A stretch of 64,000 bases of DNA, taken from Dehalococcoidia bacterium (lineage in GTDB: Bacteria > Chloroflexota > Dehalococcoidia > Lucifugimonadales > DAOUAM01). Shown in pieces: positions 1 to 8,612 of the stretch (positions are counted from its first letter, which is position 1; the number at the start of each line of letters is the position of its first letter). Position numbers and translations under genes: made by a program. The notes beneath the pieces are model-generated. The model did not search any database, was not told where the DNA came from, and saw only the letters and a list, made by a program, of their open reading frames with translations. The DNA lies in contig DAOUAM010000054.1 of assembly GCA_034433305.1 (NCBI GenBank), positions 3,366-67,365 of the forward strand. The letters are read 5' to 3'.

Positions 1-1
1 G

Positions 2-76
2 GCCAGGCTGAACTCCGCCTGGCTGGTGCTGGGCGGAGGCGTCCTGGGGATTGCTTACAAGCTGGCGGTCGCCTGA
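2..76 (+). CDS. 3' end of an upstream CDS truncated by the window edge, with a hydrophobic C-terminus (..AWLVLGGGVLGIAYKLAVA*)
   Basis: Open frame from the window start to TGA at 74-76. It is in the same frame as the following binding-protein ORF. Confidence 0.25.
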   Translation, partial: ARLNSAWLVLGGGVLGIAYKLAVA

Positions 77-121
77 GCCGGGCATCCTGGGCCATGGCAA
101 CCCATTGCGAGGGACGCGGCC

Positions 122-1282
122 GTGACTGCGCTGGCGGCCAAGGGCTATTTAACGCTGGGCATGACAGCTTCCCTGACCGGCAGGTACGCCGCACTGGGAG
201 CGCAGGCCCTGGCGGGAGTCCAGGCCTGGGCCAAGGACGCCAACAACGCCGGCGGCGTCCTGGTGCCTGAACTGGGCCGGCGGCTGCCGGTGCGGCTGCT
301 GCATCGCGACGACGAGAGCGACGCTGGCCGCTGCCGGGCGCTGTACGAGGAGCTGCTGAGAGAGGGCGTGGACATCCTGCTTGGCCCCTACTCCAGCGGG
401 CTGGCCCTGGCCGCGGCGGAGGTGGCGGCGAGGCAGAGGCGCGTCCTGTGGGACCACGGCGGGGCGCTGGACGCCATACGCGACGCTGGCACCGGGTGGG
501 CCATCGGCGTCCTGACGCCTGCCAGCAGGTACTTCCACGGCGTCATAGACATGCTGCTGGAGACCTCGGGCGAAGCGTCCCGTCTCAGCGTGGCCATCGT
601 GCATTCTACGGCGGGCGCCTTTCCCAGGGCCGTGGCTTCAGGTGCCGAGGCGCACTGCCGGGCGAGGGGGCTGAGCGCCATCCATGTCCACCGCTTCAGG
701 CAGGCCGACGCGGCGAGCCTGAGCACCGTCGTCGCCGAATTCGAGCGCACTCGGCCCGACGCAGTGCTGGCGGTCGGCCGGATGGAGGACGACATCGCGC
801 TGGCGCGGCAGGTGAGGACGGCGAGCGCCAGCATCATGGCCTTCGGGCTGGTGGCTGCCACGCTCCCGCTCTTCAGGGATGCGCTGGGCGACGCCGCCGA
901 CGGCTTCCTGGGGCCGAGCCAGTGGGAGCCTGGCGTCCCCATTACGCCCGACTATGGGCCTTCAACAGCCGAGGCCCTGGCCAGCATGCGGCGGCACTGG
1001 CCCGGCGAGCTGGGCTACCCCATGGCCCAGGCCTACGCCGCCTGCCTGGTGGCCCAGCGCTGCATGGAGGCGGCGGGCACGCTGGAGGACGCGGCGCTGC
1101 GGCGGACCGCGGGGACGCTGGACTTCACCACCTTCTATGGCCGCTTCAGGATGGACCCGGCCACGGGCGCGCAGGTTGGGCACCAGATGCCCGTTGTCCA
1201 GTGGCAGCGGGGCCAGAAGGTGGTGGTCTGGCCGCCGGAGGTGCGCCAGGGGACGTTCCGACCCGGCCTGCCTCACATCTGA
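122..1282 (+). CDS. ABC transporter substrate-binding protein, type I periplasmic binding fold (Leu/Ile/Val-binding-like)
   Basis: 386-aa ORF with a GTG start. LTGRYAALGAQALAGVQAWAKDANNAGGV and LGPYSSGLALAAAEVA are typical of LivJ-like binding proteins. No signal peptide is present in the called ORF. Confidence 0.7.
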   Translation: MTALAAKGYLTLGMTASLTGRYAALGAQALAGVQAWAKDANNAGGVLVPELGRRLPVRLLHRDDESDAGRCRALYEELLREGVDILLGPYSSGLALAAAEVAARQRRVLWDHGGALDAIRDAGTGWAIGVLTPASRYFHGVIDMLLETSGEASRLSVAIVHSTAGAFPRAVASGAEAHCRARGLSAIHVHRFRQADAASLSTVVAEFERTRPDAVLAVGRMEDDIALARQVRTASASIMAFGLVAATLPLFRDALGDAADGFLGPSQWEPGVPITPDYGPSTAEALASMRRHWPGELGYPMAQAYAACLVAQRCMEAAGTLEDAALRRTAGTLDFTTFYGRFRMDPATGAQVGHQMPVVQWQRGQKVVVWPPEVRQGTFRPGLPHI

Positions 1283-1316
1283 TATGCTAACGCTGACGTT
1301 CCAGAGGAGCTTGCCT

Positions 1317-2087
1317 ATGCGGTTGAAGGGTAAAGTAGCGCTGATAACAGGCGCAGGCTCGGGCATCGGGCGCGCCACGGCGGTGCTGTTCGCCAGGGAA
1401 GGCGCCAGGCTGGCCCTGGCCGACCTGAGCGAAGCGCCAGTCCTGGGGACAGCAGAGCAGGTCAAGGCCAGCGGCGGCGAAGCCGTCATAGCCACCGGCG
1501 ACGTCTCCAGCAGCGCCGACGCCCAGCGCATGGTCAGGGCAGCAGTAGATGCCTACGGGCGGCTGGACATCCTGGTCAACAGCGCCGGCGTGTCGGGGCG
1601 CAACGCCCTGCCCCCAGGCGCCTCGCCCGAGGAGGTCTGGGACAGGGTCATGGACGTCAACCTCAAGGGCACCTACCTGGTGTCCTGGTACGCGGTGCCG
1701 GAGATGGAGCGCTCGGGCGGCGGCTCCATCATCAACCTGGCGTCCATCATGGGGCTGGTGGGCTACCCGGTGGGCATGGGAGGCGGCTTCAACCCCTATG
1801 TGCCGTCCAAGGGCGGCGTGGTCCAGTTCACCAGGAACCTGGCCATAGACTGCGCCAGGAAGAACATCCGCGTGAACTGCATATGCCCGGGCTACGTGGA
1901 GACCAACCTCACCCGGGGCCTGACCAGCGACCCGCAGACCAGGGCGCGGCTGGAGGAGCGGCACCCCATGGGCAGGCTGGGCAGGCCCGAGGAGATAGCC
2001 TACGCCGCGCTATTCCTGGCCTCGGACGAGTCCTCCTTCGTCACCGGCGCGCCGCTCATCGTGGACGGGGGCTATACGGCCCAGTAG
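1317..2087 (+). CDS. SDR family oxidoreductase
   Basis: KGKVALITGAGSGIGRA Rossmann motif and a YxxxK-type region (YVPSKGGV). GGAG lies about 8 nt upstream of ATG 1317. The 879 start in the ORF track is a spurious overlap with the upstream gene. Confidence 0.85.
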   Translation: MRLKGKVALITGAGSGIGRATAVLFAREGARLALADLSEAPVLGTAEQVKASGGEAVIATGDVSSSADAQRMVRAAVDAYGRLDILVNSAGVSGRNALPPGASPEEVWDRVMDVNLKGTYLVSWYAVPEMERSGGGSIINLASIMGLVGYPVGMGGGFNPYVPSKGGVVQFTRNLAIDCARKNIRVNCICPGYVETNLTRGLTSDPQTRARLEERHPMGRLGRPEEIAYAALFLASDESSFVTGAPLIVDGGYTAQ

Positions 2088-2108
2088 GGGCGCTGCGTGC
2101 AACGCACG

Positions 2109-2876
2109 CTACTGGGCGGGAGCAGCAGGCGAGGCTGTCAGCACCAGCACCTGGCCCTTCCACACCTCGCGGGCTATGCCCTCCAGCTCCTCCCGCCCCG
2201 GACGGTCCACCTGGAGGACGCGGCCCAGCAGCCTGTCGCCGAAGCCCTGGACGTACTGGCACCGCTCCCTGAAGGCCCTCAGGGTGTGGCGCTCGCCGCC
2301 CAGCAGCAGGTAGTCCAGCTGCCGCTCGTAAGGCCCAAGGACGCGCCTGGTGACCCCGCAGGCGTCGTCGAACAGTTCGCGCACCTGGCCCTCCCGGATG
2401 CGCTCGAAGCGGCGCTGGGACTGCCCGCCGGCCTTATGGCGGCCCTTGACGAAGCGCGAGCCGGTCCTGGAGGCCAGCAGCACGTCGCCCCGCAGCACGC
2501 CCACGGCGTACCGGCCCAGCCGCAGCAGGACGACGCCCACCAGCAAGTCGCGGCCCAGCATCTCCACCAGCGGCGTCACGCTGGCCCCTTCGCTAGCCTG
2601 GTCCCGCGCCACCGGGAAGGGCGGCACGATGGCTATGGCGCTAGCGTCGCCCCAGAAGGCCACGAGTCCCGTGGCCGAGTCCCTGACATGCTCGGCGATG
2701 CTGGCAAGCTCGGCCCCGTGAGCGGGCGCAGGGGCAAGCCGGCTGCTGGCGGCCTCCTCCAGCGACGCGAGCGTAAGGTATGCCGTGTGCCGGTACTCCG
2801 CCGACGCGCCTATTTCCGATAGCAACCGCAGCAGCCGGGGCTTGCTGGCCCAGTAGCGCTGGCTGACCTGGAACAT
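2109..2876 (-). CDS. acVLRF1 / Vms1-Ankzf1-like peptidyl-tRNA hydrolase (eRF1-fold)
   Basis: 255 aa containing GRHKAGGQSQRRFERIRE, a GGQ-type loop as in the bacterial VLRF1 family, flanked by eRF1-like segments. Confidence 0.55.
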   Translation of the reverse strand: MFQVSQRYWASKPRLLRLLSEIGASAEYRHTAYLTLASLEEAASSRLAPAPAHGAELASIAEHVRDSATGLVAFWGDASAIAIVPPFPVARDQASEGASVTPLVEMLGRDLLVGVVLLRLGRYAVGVLRGDVLLASRTGSRFVKGRHKAGGQSQRRFERIREGQVRELFDDACGVTRRVLGPYERQLDYLLLGGERHTLRAFRERCQYVQGFGDRLLGRVLQVDRPGREELEGIAREVWKGQVLVLTASPAAPAQ

Positions 2877-2882
2877 GCTGAC

Positions 2883-4877
2883 TCAGCGGCCGTTGGAAAG
2901 GCCCATAAAGTAGTCGTAGCGCCGGCTGGACTGCTCCACGATGCGCTCCACGTCCTCCTCCAGCAGATAGCGCTGGCGCACCAGGGCCTCGGCGGCCTCC
3001 TGGACACGCCGCAGGTAGTCGTCCCTGGAGGTATAACGCTCCTCGATGGAAAGCCGCGGGTCGCCCGAGGCCAGCCTTGCGGCGCGGGTGGGCGGGAAGG
3101 GCAGCGTCCAGCCCGCCAGGCCGCCCGTTATGCCGATGAACAGGCCCGGGTTGCCGATGCTGGGGTGGCGCAGGTTCCAGCCTGTGTAGGTCGCCAGGGG
3201 CACGCTGACGTCCGGCAACCGTATGCCCGCCACCTCGTTGCAGTCCTCGCCCACGTCCGACACCAGGGCCGGGTACTCCTCCCCCTCCATGGCCGGCAGG
3301 CGCACCGTCCGGCCCAGGGGCAGCTCGGGGCCGTAGTCCAGCCGCATGGCCCGCGTCACCTGGGACGGCACGCGGACGCCTGGCAGCCTGGCGAAGCGCT
3401 CCAGCAGCGTCCTGGACTCCACCGCCGTGCCGTCGGACAGCCTGGGATGGCGGCTGGGAGGCGGTGGCTCGCCAGTGGTCACCCAGAGGTCCAGGTTCTC
3501 CAGCGCCGCCCGCAGCAAGGGAGTGTAGTCCACGCTGTTGAAGGGCAACTGGCCCCGGGCGCCGTCCAGGGGCCTGACCTCCAGCGGCGGGAAGACGCCG
3601 GCGCCGTGCTGCGTGCCAGCGAAGTGGTAGCGCCGGACGCCGGCCGACTCGGGCGCGTCGCCCATGGCCTCCAGGTCGGTGTGGATGAGGGCCGCATCGC
3701 CCCGCCAGTACTCGGCGGAGGTATTGGTGAACATGATCCTGGGGACCTTGCCCCTCTCCTCCAGGCGGGCCAGCAGCGAGCCTTTCTGCCCGGTGACCGG
3801 GTCGGTCTGCTCCACGTCGGTGAAGGGGAAAAGCTCGGGGATGATGTAGCACACGTCCTTGGACGGCTGGCCGAAGCGCAGGTTGAACTCGCCGCGCATG
3901 CCGCCGGCGACGTGGGGTATGATGCCGTCCAGGGCCATGCGCCCATCCTCGTCCTCGTTGAGGCCCAGGTGGATAAGCTGCCGCAGGAAGCGCCCGCTCT
4001 GGGAGGCGCCGAAGGCGTAGGCGTACTGAATGTCGCCGGCGCAGGGGTTGCCCACATCCGCTGGGGCGTACTTCAGGAAGGACACGATGTCCCTGACGGC
4101 GGCGAAGCCCAGGCCCACCACCTTGCTGCCCTTCGTCTCGTAGATAAGCTGGTAAATCTTACCTGGCTCGAACCCGGACTTCAGGTGGACGTGGCAGGGG
4201 TCAGGCTCCACCTGCTCGTCCTCGACGCGCACGAAGGCCCATTTGTCGCGGCTGATGGCCGTGGCCGGGCTGTTGGGATGGTCCCTGACCAGTAGCACGG
4301 CGCTGGGGTCGTTGGGGTCCGCCGGCGGGTGAGGCAGGTGCTGCCTGTCGGCCAGCAGGAAGACGCCGGTCGGCTCGTTGGCCTGGAATTGGCACAGGAT
4401 GCGGCCCCTCAGCGGGCTTCCATCGGGGGCCAGCGCCTCGGGCGCGTCCAGGCCCATCAGCCCCGGCGTGGGCGGCACGTCGGCCTGCCAGCCGCACCAG
4501 ACGACGGTGTAGCCCTGGCGCATGAGGAAGCCGTTCCCCGGCTCCAGCGGCGCCGCCGGGTCCAGGCCACGCTCGGCGCTGTTGAAGCTGTAGAGCACCG
4601 TCTTGCGGCCACGGTTCACCACGTCAAACAGGATGCGATGGCGCCCTGCCCCACGGTCGGCGGGCTGGAGCATGGCGAAGTGGGCGGAGAACCGGACCAG
4701 CCCGCGGGGGTCTCTCGGGGCAAGCCCTATGTCGGTGATGGCGACATTGCGCGAGTCCAGGGGGTCCACGGCGAAGTAGGCCCGGCCTTCCACCAGGTCG
4801 TAGGCGCCGACCTCGCCGAACCGCTGCCCTCCGACAAAGGGCCTCCGGCTGATCACTTCCAACCTTGCAACTGCCAT
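2883..4877 (-). CDS. Large conserved hypothetical protein, alpha/beta-hydrolase-domain-like
   Basis: 664-aa ORF. AGGAGG upstream of ATG 4877. The N-terminus (FVGGQRFGEVGAYDLVEGRAYFAVDP) resembles uncharacterised alpha/beta hydrolase domain proteins. Confidence 0.45.
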   Translation of the reverse strand: MAVARLEVISRRPFVGGQRFGEVGAYDLVEGRAYFAVDPLDSRNVAITDIGLAPRDPRGLVRFSAHFAMLQPADRGAGRHRILFDVVNRGRKTVLYSFNSAERGLDPAAPLEPGNGFLMRQGYTVVWCGWQADVPPTPGLMGLDAPEALAPDGSPLRGRILCQFQANEPTGVFLLADRQHLPHPPADPNDPSAVLLVRDHPNSPATAISRDKWAFVRVEDEQVEPDPCHVHLKSGFEPGKIYQLIYETKGSKVVGLGFAAVRDIVSFLKYAPADVGNPCAGDIQYAYAFGASQSGRFLRQLIHLGLNEDEDGRMALDGIIPHVAGGMRGEFNLRFGQPSKDVCYIIPELFPFTDVEQTDPVTGQKGSLLARLEERGKVPRIMFTNTSAEYWRGDAALIHTDLEAMGDAPESAGVRRYHFAGTQHGAGVFPPLEVRPLDGARGQLPFNSVDYTPLLRAALENLDLWVTTGEPPPPSRHPRLSDGTAVESRTLLERFARLPGVRVPSQVTRAMRLDYGPELPLGRTVRLPAMEGEEYPALVSDVGEDCNEVAGIRLPDVSVPLATYTGWNLRHPSIGNPGLFIGITGGLAGWTLPFPPTRAARLASGDPRLSIEERYTSRDDYLRRVQEAAEALVRQRYLLEEDVERIVEQSSRRYDYFMGLSNGR

Positions 4878-5022
4878 ACGCTACCTCCTGCTCCAGGCTC
4901 GCGGGTCGCCCTGCGGCAAAGAGATTCTACCACCACGGGGCAACCCCTGGCGGGCGCCAGGTCTGCATTGCCGTGTTGACGTGGCCTGCGCCAGCGCCTA
5001 CACTGCGATTACAGGAGGCCTC

Positions 5023-6552
5023 ATGAGCGTTACCGCGGTCAGGCTGCAGGATGCAGAGCCACCGCTGGTGCTGGCCCTGGACGCCGGCAGTTCCTCGGTG
5101 CGCGCCCTGCTCTACGACGCCGGCGCCCGCCGAGTAGAGGGTGTCGAGGCTCGCCTGGACCATTCCATCCACACCGATGCCCACGGCACCGCTGAAGAGT
5201 ACCCGCAGCACCTGCTGGACGCCTTTTCGCAGGTTATAGACGGTGCACTGGCCAGAGCTGGAGCGCTGGCCCAGCGCATCGCCGCCGTGGGGCTGGACAC
5301 CTACGCCAGCAGCGTGCTGGGCCTGGACCGGGAGGGCAACCCTGCAACGCCCATCTACACCTACGCCGATAGCCGCCCGGCATCGGACGTGGAGCGATTG
5401 CGCCGCGAGCTGGACGTGGCGGCGGTACACCAGCGGACGGGCTGCCCCCAGCATACCGCCTACCTGCCGGGGCGCTTCCTGTGGCTCCGGCGGACGCAGC
5501 CGGACGTGTACCGGCGGGTAAGCAGGTGGGTGGACATCGGGACGTTCCTTTACCAGCAGTGGTCCGGCAGGGATGACTTGCCCATGGGCCTGTCCATGGC
5601 GTCCTGGACCGGGCTGCTGGACAGGCACAGGCTTATGTGGGACGAGGAGCTTCTTGGGCACCTGGGCGTGTCCCGAGAGGTGCTGCCGCCGCTTGCGGAC
5701 TACAGCCAGCCGGTGGAGGGCCTGGCGGGGCCGTGGGCAAGCCGCTGGAAGGCGCTGAAGGACGTGCCCTTCTTCCTGTCCATCGGCGATGGCGCGTCGG
5801 CCAACGTGGGCAGCGGCTGCGTGGGGCCTGGCAGGGTGTCCCTCACCATGGGCACCACCTGCGCCATGCGAGCAGTCCTCCAGCGGGAGCCGGAAAGCCT
5901 GCCGGCGGCGCTGTGGAGCTACAAGGTCGACCGGGGCCACCCGCTGGTGGGCAGGGCGCTGAGCGAGGGGGGCAACGTCTTCGCCTGGTTGACGGGCCTG
6001 CTCAGGCTGGCGGAGCCTCCCGACCTGGACCAGCAGCTTGGCCGGCTGCCCCCCGACGGCCATGGGCTGACGGTCCTGCCCTTCCTCCTGGGGGAGCGCA
6101 GCCCCGGCTGGAGGTCCGACGCCAGGGCCGCCATCGTCGGGCTGCGGGCGTCCACGACCCCGCTGGAAGTCCTCCAGGCGGGCATGGAGGCGGTGGCGTA
6201 CCGCTGCGGGCTCGTGGCCAGGGCGCTGGGGCCGCTGGTCGCCAGCGATTACCAGCTCATCGCCAGCGGCGGCGCGCTGCTGAGGTCACCCTACTGGCTC
6301 CAGGTCTTCGCCGATGTGCTGGACCACCCCATTACCGCCTCCGCCGAGCCGGAAGGCACCAGCAGGGGCACGGCCATCCTGGCATTGAAGGCCCTGGGCA
6401 AGATAGACAGCCTGGACGCCATCCCATCGGCCCTTGGCGAGACCTGCTTCCCCGATGGGACGCGGGCGGAGATATACCGCGCCGCCCAGGAGCGCCAGGC
6501 CCAGCTTTACCAACTGCTGCTGGAGTCCAGCAGCGGCTCCAGGGCCTCATAG
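5023..6552 (+). CDS. FGGY family carbohydrate kinase (gluconokinase/xylulokinase-like)
   Basis: LALDAGSSSVRALLYD N-terminal motif and a C-terminal FGGY segment (GGALLRSPYWLQVFADVL). GGAGG upstream of ATG 5023. Confidence 0.8.
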   Translation: MSVTAVRLQDAEPPLVLALDAGSSSVRALLYDAGARRVEGVEARLDHSIHTDAHGTAEEYPQHLLDAFSQVIDGALARAGALAQRIAAVGLDTYASSVLGLDREGNPATPIYTYADSRPASDVERLRRELDVAAVHQRTGCPQHTAYLPGRFLWLRRTQPDVYRRVSRWVDIGTFLYQQWSGRDDLPMGLSMASWTGLLDRHRLMWDEELLGHLGVSREVLPPLADYSQPVEGLAGPWASRWKALKDVPFFLSIGDGASANVGSGCVGPGRVSLTMGTTCAMRAVLQREPESLPAALWSYKVDRGHPLVGRALSEGGNVFAWLTGLLRLAEPPDLDQQLGRLPPDGHGLTVLPFLLGERSPGWRSDARAAIVGLRASTTPLEVLQAGMEAVAYRCGLVARALGPLVASDYQLIASGGALLRSPYWLQVFADVLDHPITASAEPEGTSRGTAILALKALGKIDSLDAIPSALGETCFPDGTRAEIYRAAQERQAQLYQLLLESSSGSRAS

Positions 6553-6619
6553 GGTAATGGGAGTGCCGCGTGGTATTATACTTTCAACCAGGACACTACC
6601 AGACAGGAAGGGCAGGAAA

Positions 6620-7096
6620 ATGCGCATCGCTATCGGCGGCGACCACTGGGGCCTGGAGCTAAAGTCCAGGCTCATACAGCACCTGGAGAAGCTTGGTCAC
6701 GAGGTGCTGGACGCGGGGGCCTACACCCACGACCCGACAGACGACTACCCGGACTTCGCCAGGGCCGTTGCCGAGCGGCTGGTGGCCGGCCAGGCCGACC
6801 GCGGCATAGTGGTCTGCGGCAGCGGCGTCGGCGCCTGCATCGCCGCCAACAAGGTCCGGGGCGTGCGAGCGGGCATCTGCCACGACACCTACTCGGCCCA
6901 CCAGGGCGTCGAGCACGACGACATGAACGTGCTATGCATGGGCTCGCGCATCGTGGGCGAGGAGCTGGCCAAGGAGATTGTTAACGCCTTCGTCTCGGCC
7001 AGCTTCACCGGCGAGGCCCGCCACCTCCGGCGGCTGCAAAAGGTCAAGGCCATCGAGGACAGCGGCATAGGCGCGGCAAGCCGGGCGACGGGCTAG
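6620..7096 (+). CDS. rpiB: Ribose-5-phosphate isomerase B (RpiB/LacA/LacB family)
   Basis: MRIAIGGDHWG..VVCGSGVGACIAANKVRGVRAG..DMNVLCMGSRIVG are hallmark RpiB motifs. Confidence 0.85.
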   Translation: MRIAIGGDHWGLELKSRLIQHLEKLGHEVLDAGAYTHDPTDDYPDFARAVAERLVAGQADRGIVVCGSGVGACIAANKVRGVRAGICHDTYSAHQGVEHDDMNVLCMGSRIVGEELAKEIVNAFVSASFTGEARHLRRLQKVKAIEDSGIGAASRATG

Positions 7097-7115
7097 ACAG
7101 GGGACAGGCCCTGTT

Positions 7116-7342
7116 AGAGGGTGTGTGAGAAACCTTGTTCTGGCCCTTACCGGGAGACATGGGGACGTGATGCAATTGATGCTGGGCTGGTATGCGGGCA
7201 AGGCCAGCCCCCTCTCTGACTCTCCCCCATAGGGGGCGAGGACCCTCCCTTCCCCCTGTGGGGGAAGGCCAGGAAGGGGGCCAAAGCGCCTTGCCTTGAC
7301 AAAGTCTCAGCCCTGCGGGGAACGAGTTCCCACACACCCTCT
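7116..7342 (+). repeat. MITE-like intergenic repeat, copy A (double hairpin core, terminal inverted repeats)
   Basis: TIRs AGAGGGTGTGTGAGAAAC (7116-7133) and GTTCCCACACACCCTCT (7326-7342). The core CCAGCCCCCTCTCTGACTCTCCCCCATAGGGGGCGAGG..CCTTCCCCCTGTGGGGGAAGG is shared with copies at 15259-15450 (inverted) and 39806-39976. Confidence 0.6.
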
Positions 7343-7452
7343 TATACCGGGCCTGCGCCAGCCGTCGCCGGACAGGCTGGCCCTGCGAGGCGGCTTGGCA
7401 ACACCCCCCCACAGGTACTGGGCCGCTCCGGTCGGGGTAGCCACAAGTCAGC

Positions 7453-8031
7453 CTAGCGACTGAGCGCCTCCCTGACGTCCTTCATGGCCTCGGGTGTGCG
7501 TCTGGCCCTCCTGGGCCGCGCCCAGATGGGCGTGTTCTCGACTTCCGGCACCGTCTTGAGGGATACCAGCACCGGGCCTGCCGAGCTCATGATGGCGTCA
7601 ATGTTGCCGGCCAACTCCTCCAGGTCGTCGAACTCGAAGGCGGAGGCATAGCCACAGGCCTCGGCCATGGAGGCGAAGCTGTAGCCGCCGGCGTTGGGCA
7701 CGGGCTGGCCGCCGGTGACGGCGTACACGCCGTTGTCCAGGACGAAGTGGTACAGGTTGGCAGGCGCTTTGCCGGCGATGGTGACCAGGGCACCCAGGTT
7801 CATCAGCAGGCTGCCGTCGCCGTCCACGACGATGACCTTCCGCTCCGGGCGGGCGAGGCAGATTCCCAGCGCCACCGAGGACGCCTTGCCCATGGCGCCG
7901 CTGATGGGCAGGTCCAGGGACTCCTCGCGGCTAACGTCGCGCCAGCCGCGGCCGCCTGTCATGGTGGGCAGCACCACGGCCTCACCGCGGCGCTCCTCCA
8001 GCAATCGCAGCGCATCGGTCATGGTAATCAT
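7453..8031 (-). CDS. Thiamine-diphosphate decarboxylase beta subunit (sulfopyruvate/phosphonopyruvate decarboxylase-like)
   Basis: TPP-binding GDGS..LMNLG..N motif (VVDGDGSLLMNLGALVT..LDNGVY). ATG 8031 abuts the stop of the alpha subunit. Confidence 0.65.
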   Translation of the reverse strand: MITMTDALRLLEERRGEAVVLPTMTGGRGWRDVSREESLDLPISGAMGKASSVALGICLARPERKVIVVDGDGSLLMNLGALVTIAGKAPANLYHFVLDNGVYAVTGGQPVPNAGGYSFASMAEACGYASAFEFDDLEELAGNIDAIMSSAGPVLVSLKTVPEVENTPIWARPRRARRTPEAMKDVREALSR

Positions 8032-8033
8032 GG

Positions 8034-8531
8034 CTAGACATACTCCGCGCCCATCAGGCACACCACGGGACGCTGGGTGCGCTCGGCCTCCTCGAAGGCC
8101 GTGGAGATGCGCTCCACGTCCTCGTCCGTCTCCACCAGGTAGTAGTTGATGCCCCAGGCATGCAGGACTGGCTCGGTGAAGCGCGCCGCCGAGTCAGGGG
8201 TCAAGCCGTGGCGCGTCCAGCCCCTGTAGCCAATCATCATCACCACCGGCAGGTTGATATCCAGGGCCAGGCCGCGAATGGAGTCGCCCGACTCGAACAT
8301 GCCGGTGTTCTGGATGAGGATGACCGGCTTCTTGCCGCCGACCCACAGGCCCGCGGCAATGGCCATGCTCTCGCCCTCCCTGCACACAGGGACCAGGTCC
8401 AGACTCGGGTCTGCCACCATCTGCTGGTACATGAAGTTGGTCTCGCTGTCAGGAAGCCAGACCACGTGGGTGACGCCGTTTTTGCGAAGCTGGTCAAGAA
8501 TGGCCTTGGGTGTCAAAGACAGCTCCGGCAT
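8034..8531 (-). CDS. Thiamine-diphosphate decarboxylase alpha subunit (sulfopyruvate decarboxylase ComD-like)
   Basis: 165-aa pyrimidine-binding domain (VTHVVWLPDSETN..REGESMAIAAGLWVGGKKPVILIQNTG). Confidence 0.65.
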   Translation of the reverse strand: MPELSLTPKAILDQLRKNGVTHVVWLPDSETNFMYQQMVADPSLDLVPVCREGESMAIAAGLWVGGKKPVILIQNTGMFESGDSIRGLALDINLPVVMMIGYRGWTRHGLTPDSAARFTEPVLHAWGINYYLVETDEDVERISTAFEEAERTQRPVVCLMGAEYV

Positions 8532-8612
8532 GCCACGCCCTCCTCTAGCACCGGCTGGGTTTGGAATGGCGACATTATATGTCCTTGCAGTGGGGTGGTC
8601 AATCGAGGGAAG

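Noticed and set aside
879-1316. N-terminal extensions offered by the ORF track (879 for the SDR, 37312 for the choice-of-anchor L gene, 11038 for the cupin, 11959 for the exosortase, 42115 for the HAD, 19603 for tgt, 6434 for rpiB)
   Set aside because: The extensions overlap neighbouring genes or are low-complexity. Internal ATGs are preceded by GGAGG-type SDs and coincide with the start of family-typical N-termini.
2641-3852. 403-aa minus-strand ORF, and similar long ORFs at 3165-4295, 4927-6063, 17696-18844, 27666-29324, 35973-37181, 40070-41806 and 57775-58926
   Set aside because: They lie in alternative or antisense frames of genes with clear family motifs. Their translations are Arg/Pro/Gly/Ala-rich and low in complexity, as expected from GC-rich DNA, and contain no recognisable domains.
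7204-7282. Possible CRISPR array, because of repeated palindromic units
   Set aside because: There are only three dispersed copies, tens of kb apart and in mixed orientation. There is no regular repeat-spacer periodicity and no cas genes.
7044-7412. ORFs spanning the intergenic repeats (7044-7412, 7147-7335, 39770-39952, 39790-40023, 15431-15625)
   Set aside because: They are created by the repeat hairpins. The same nucleotide sequence occurs in both orientations at three intergenic sites, so the conservation is at the DNA or RNA level, not the protein level.
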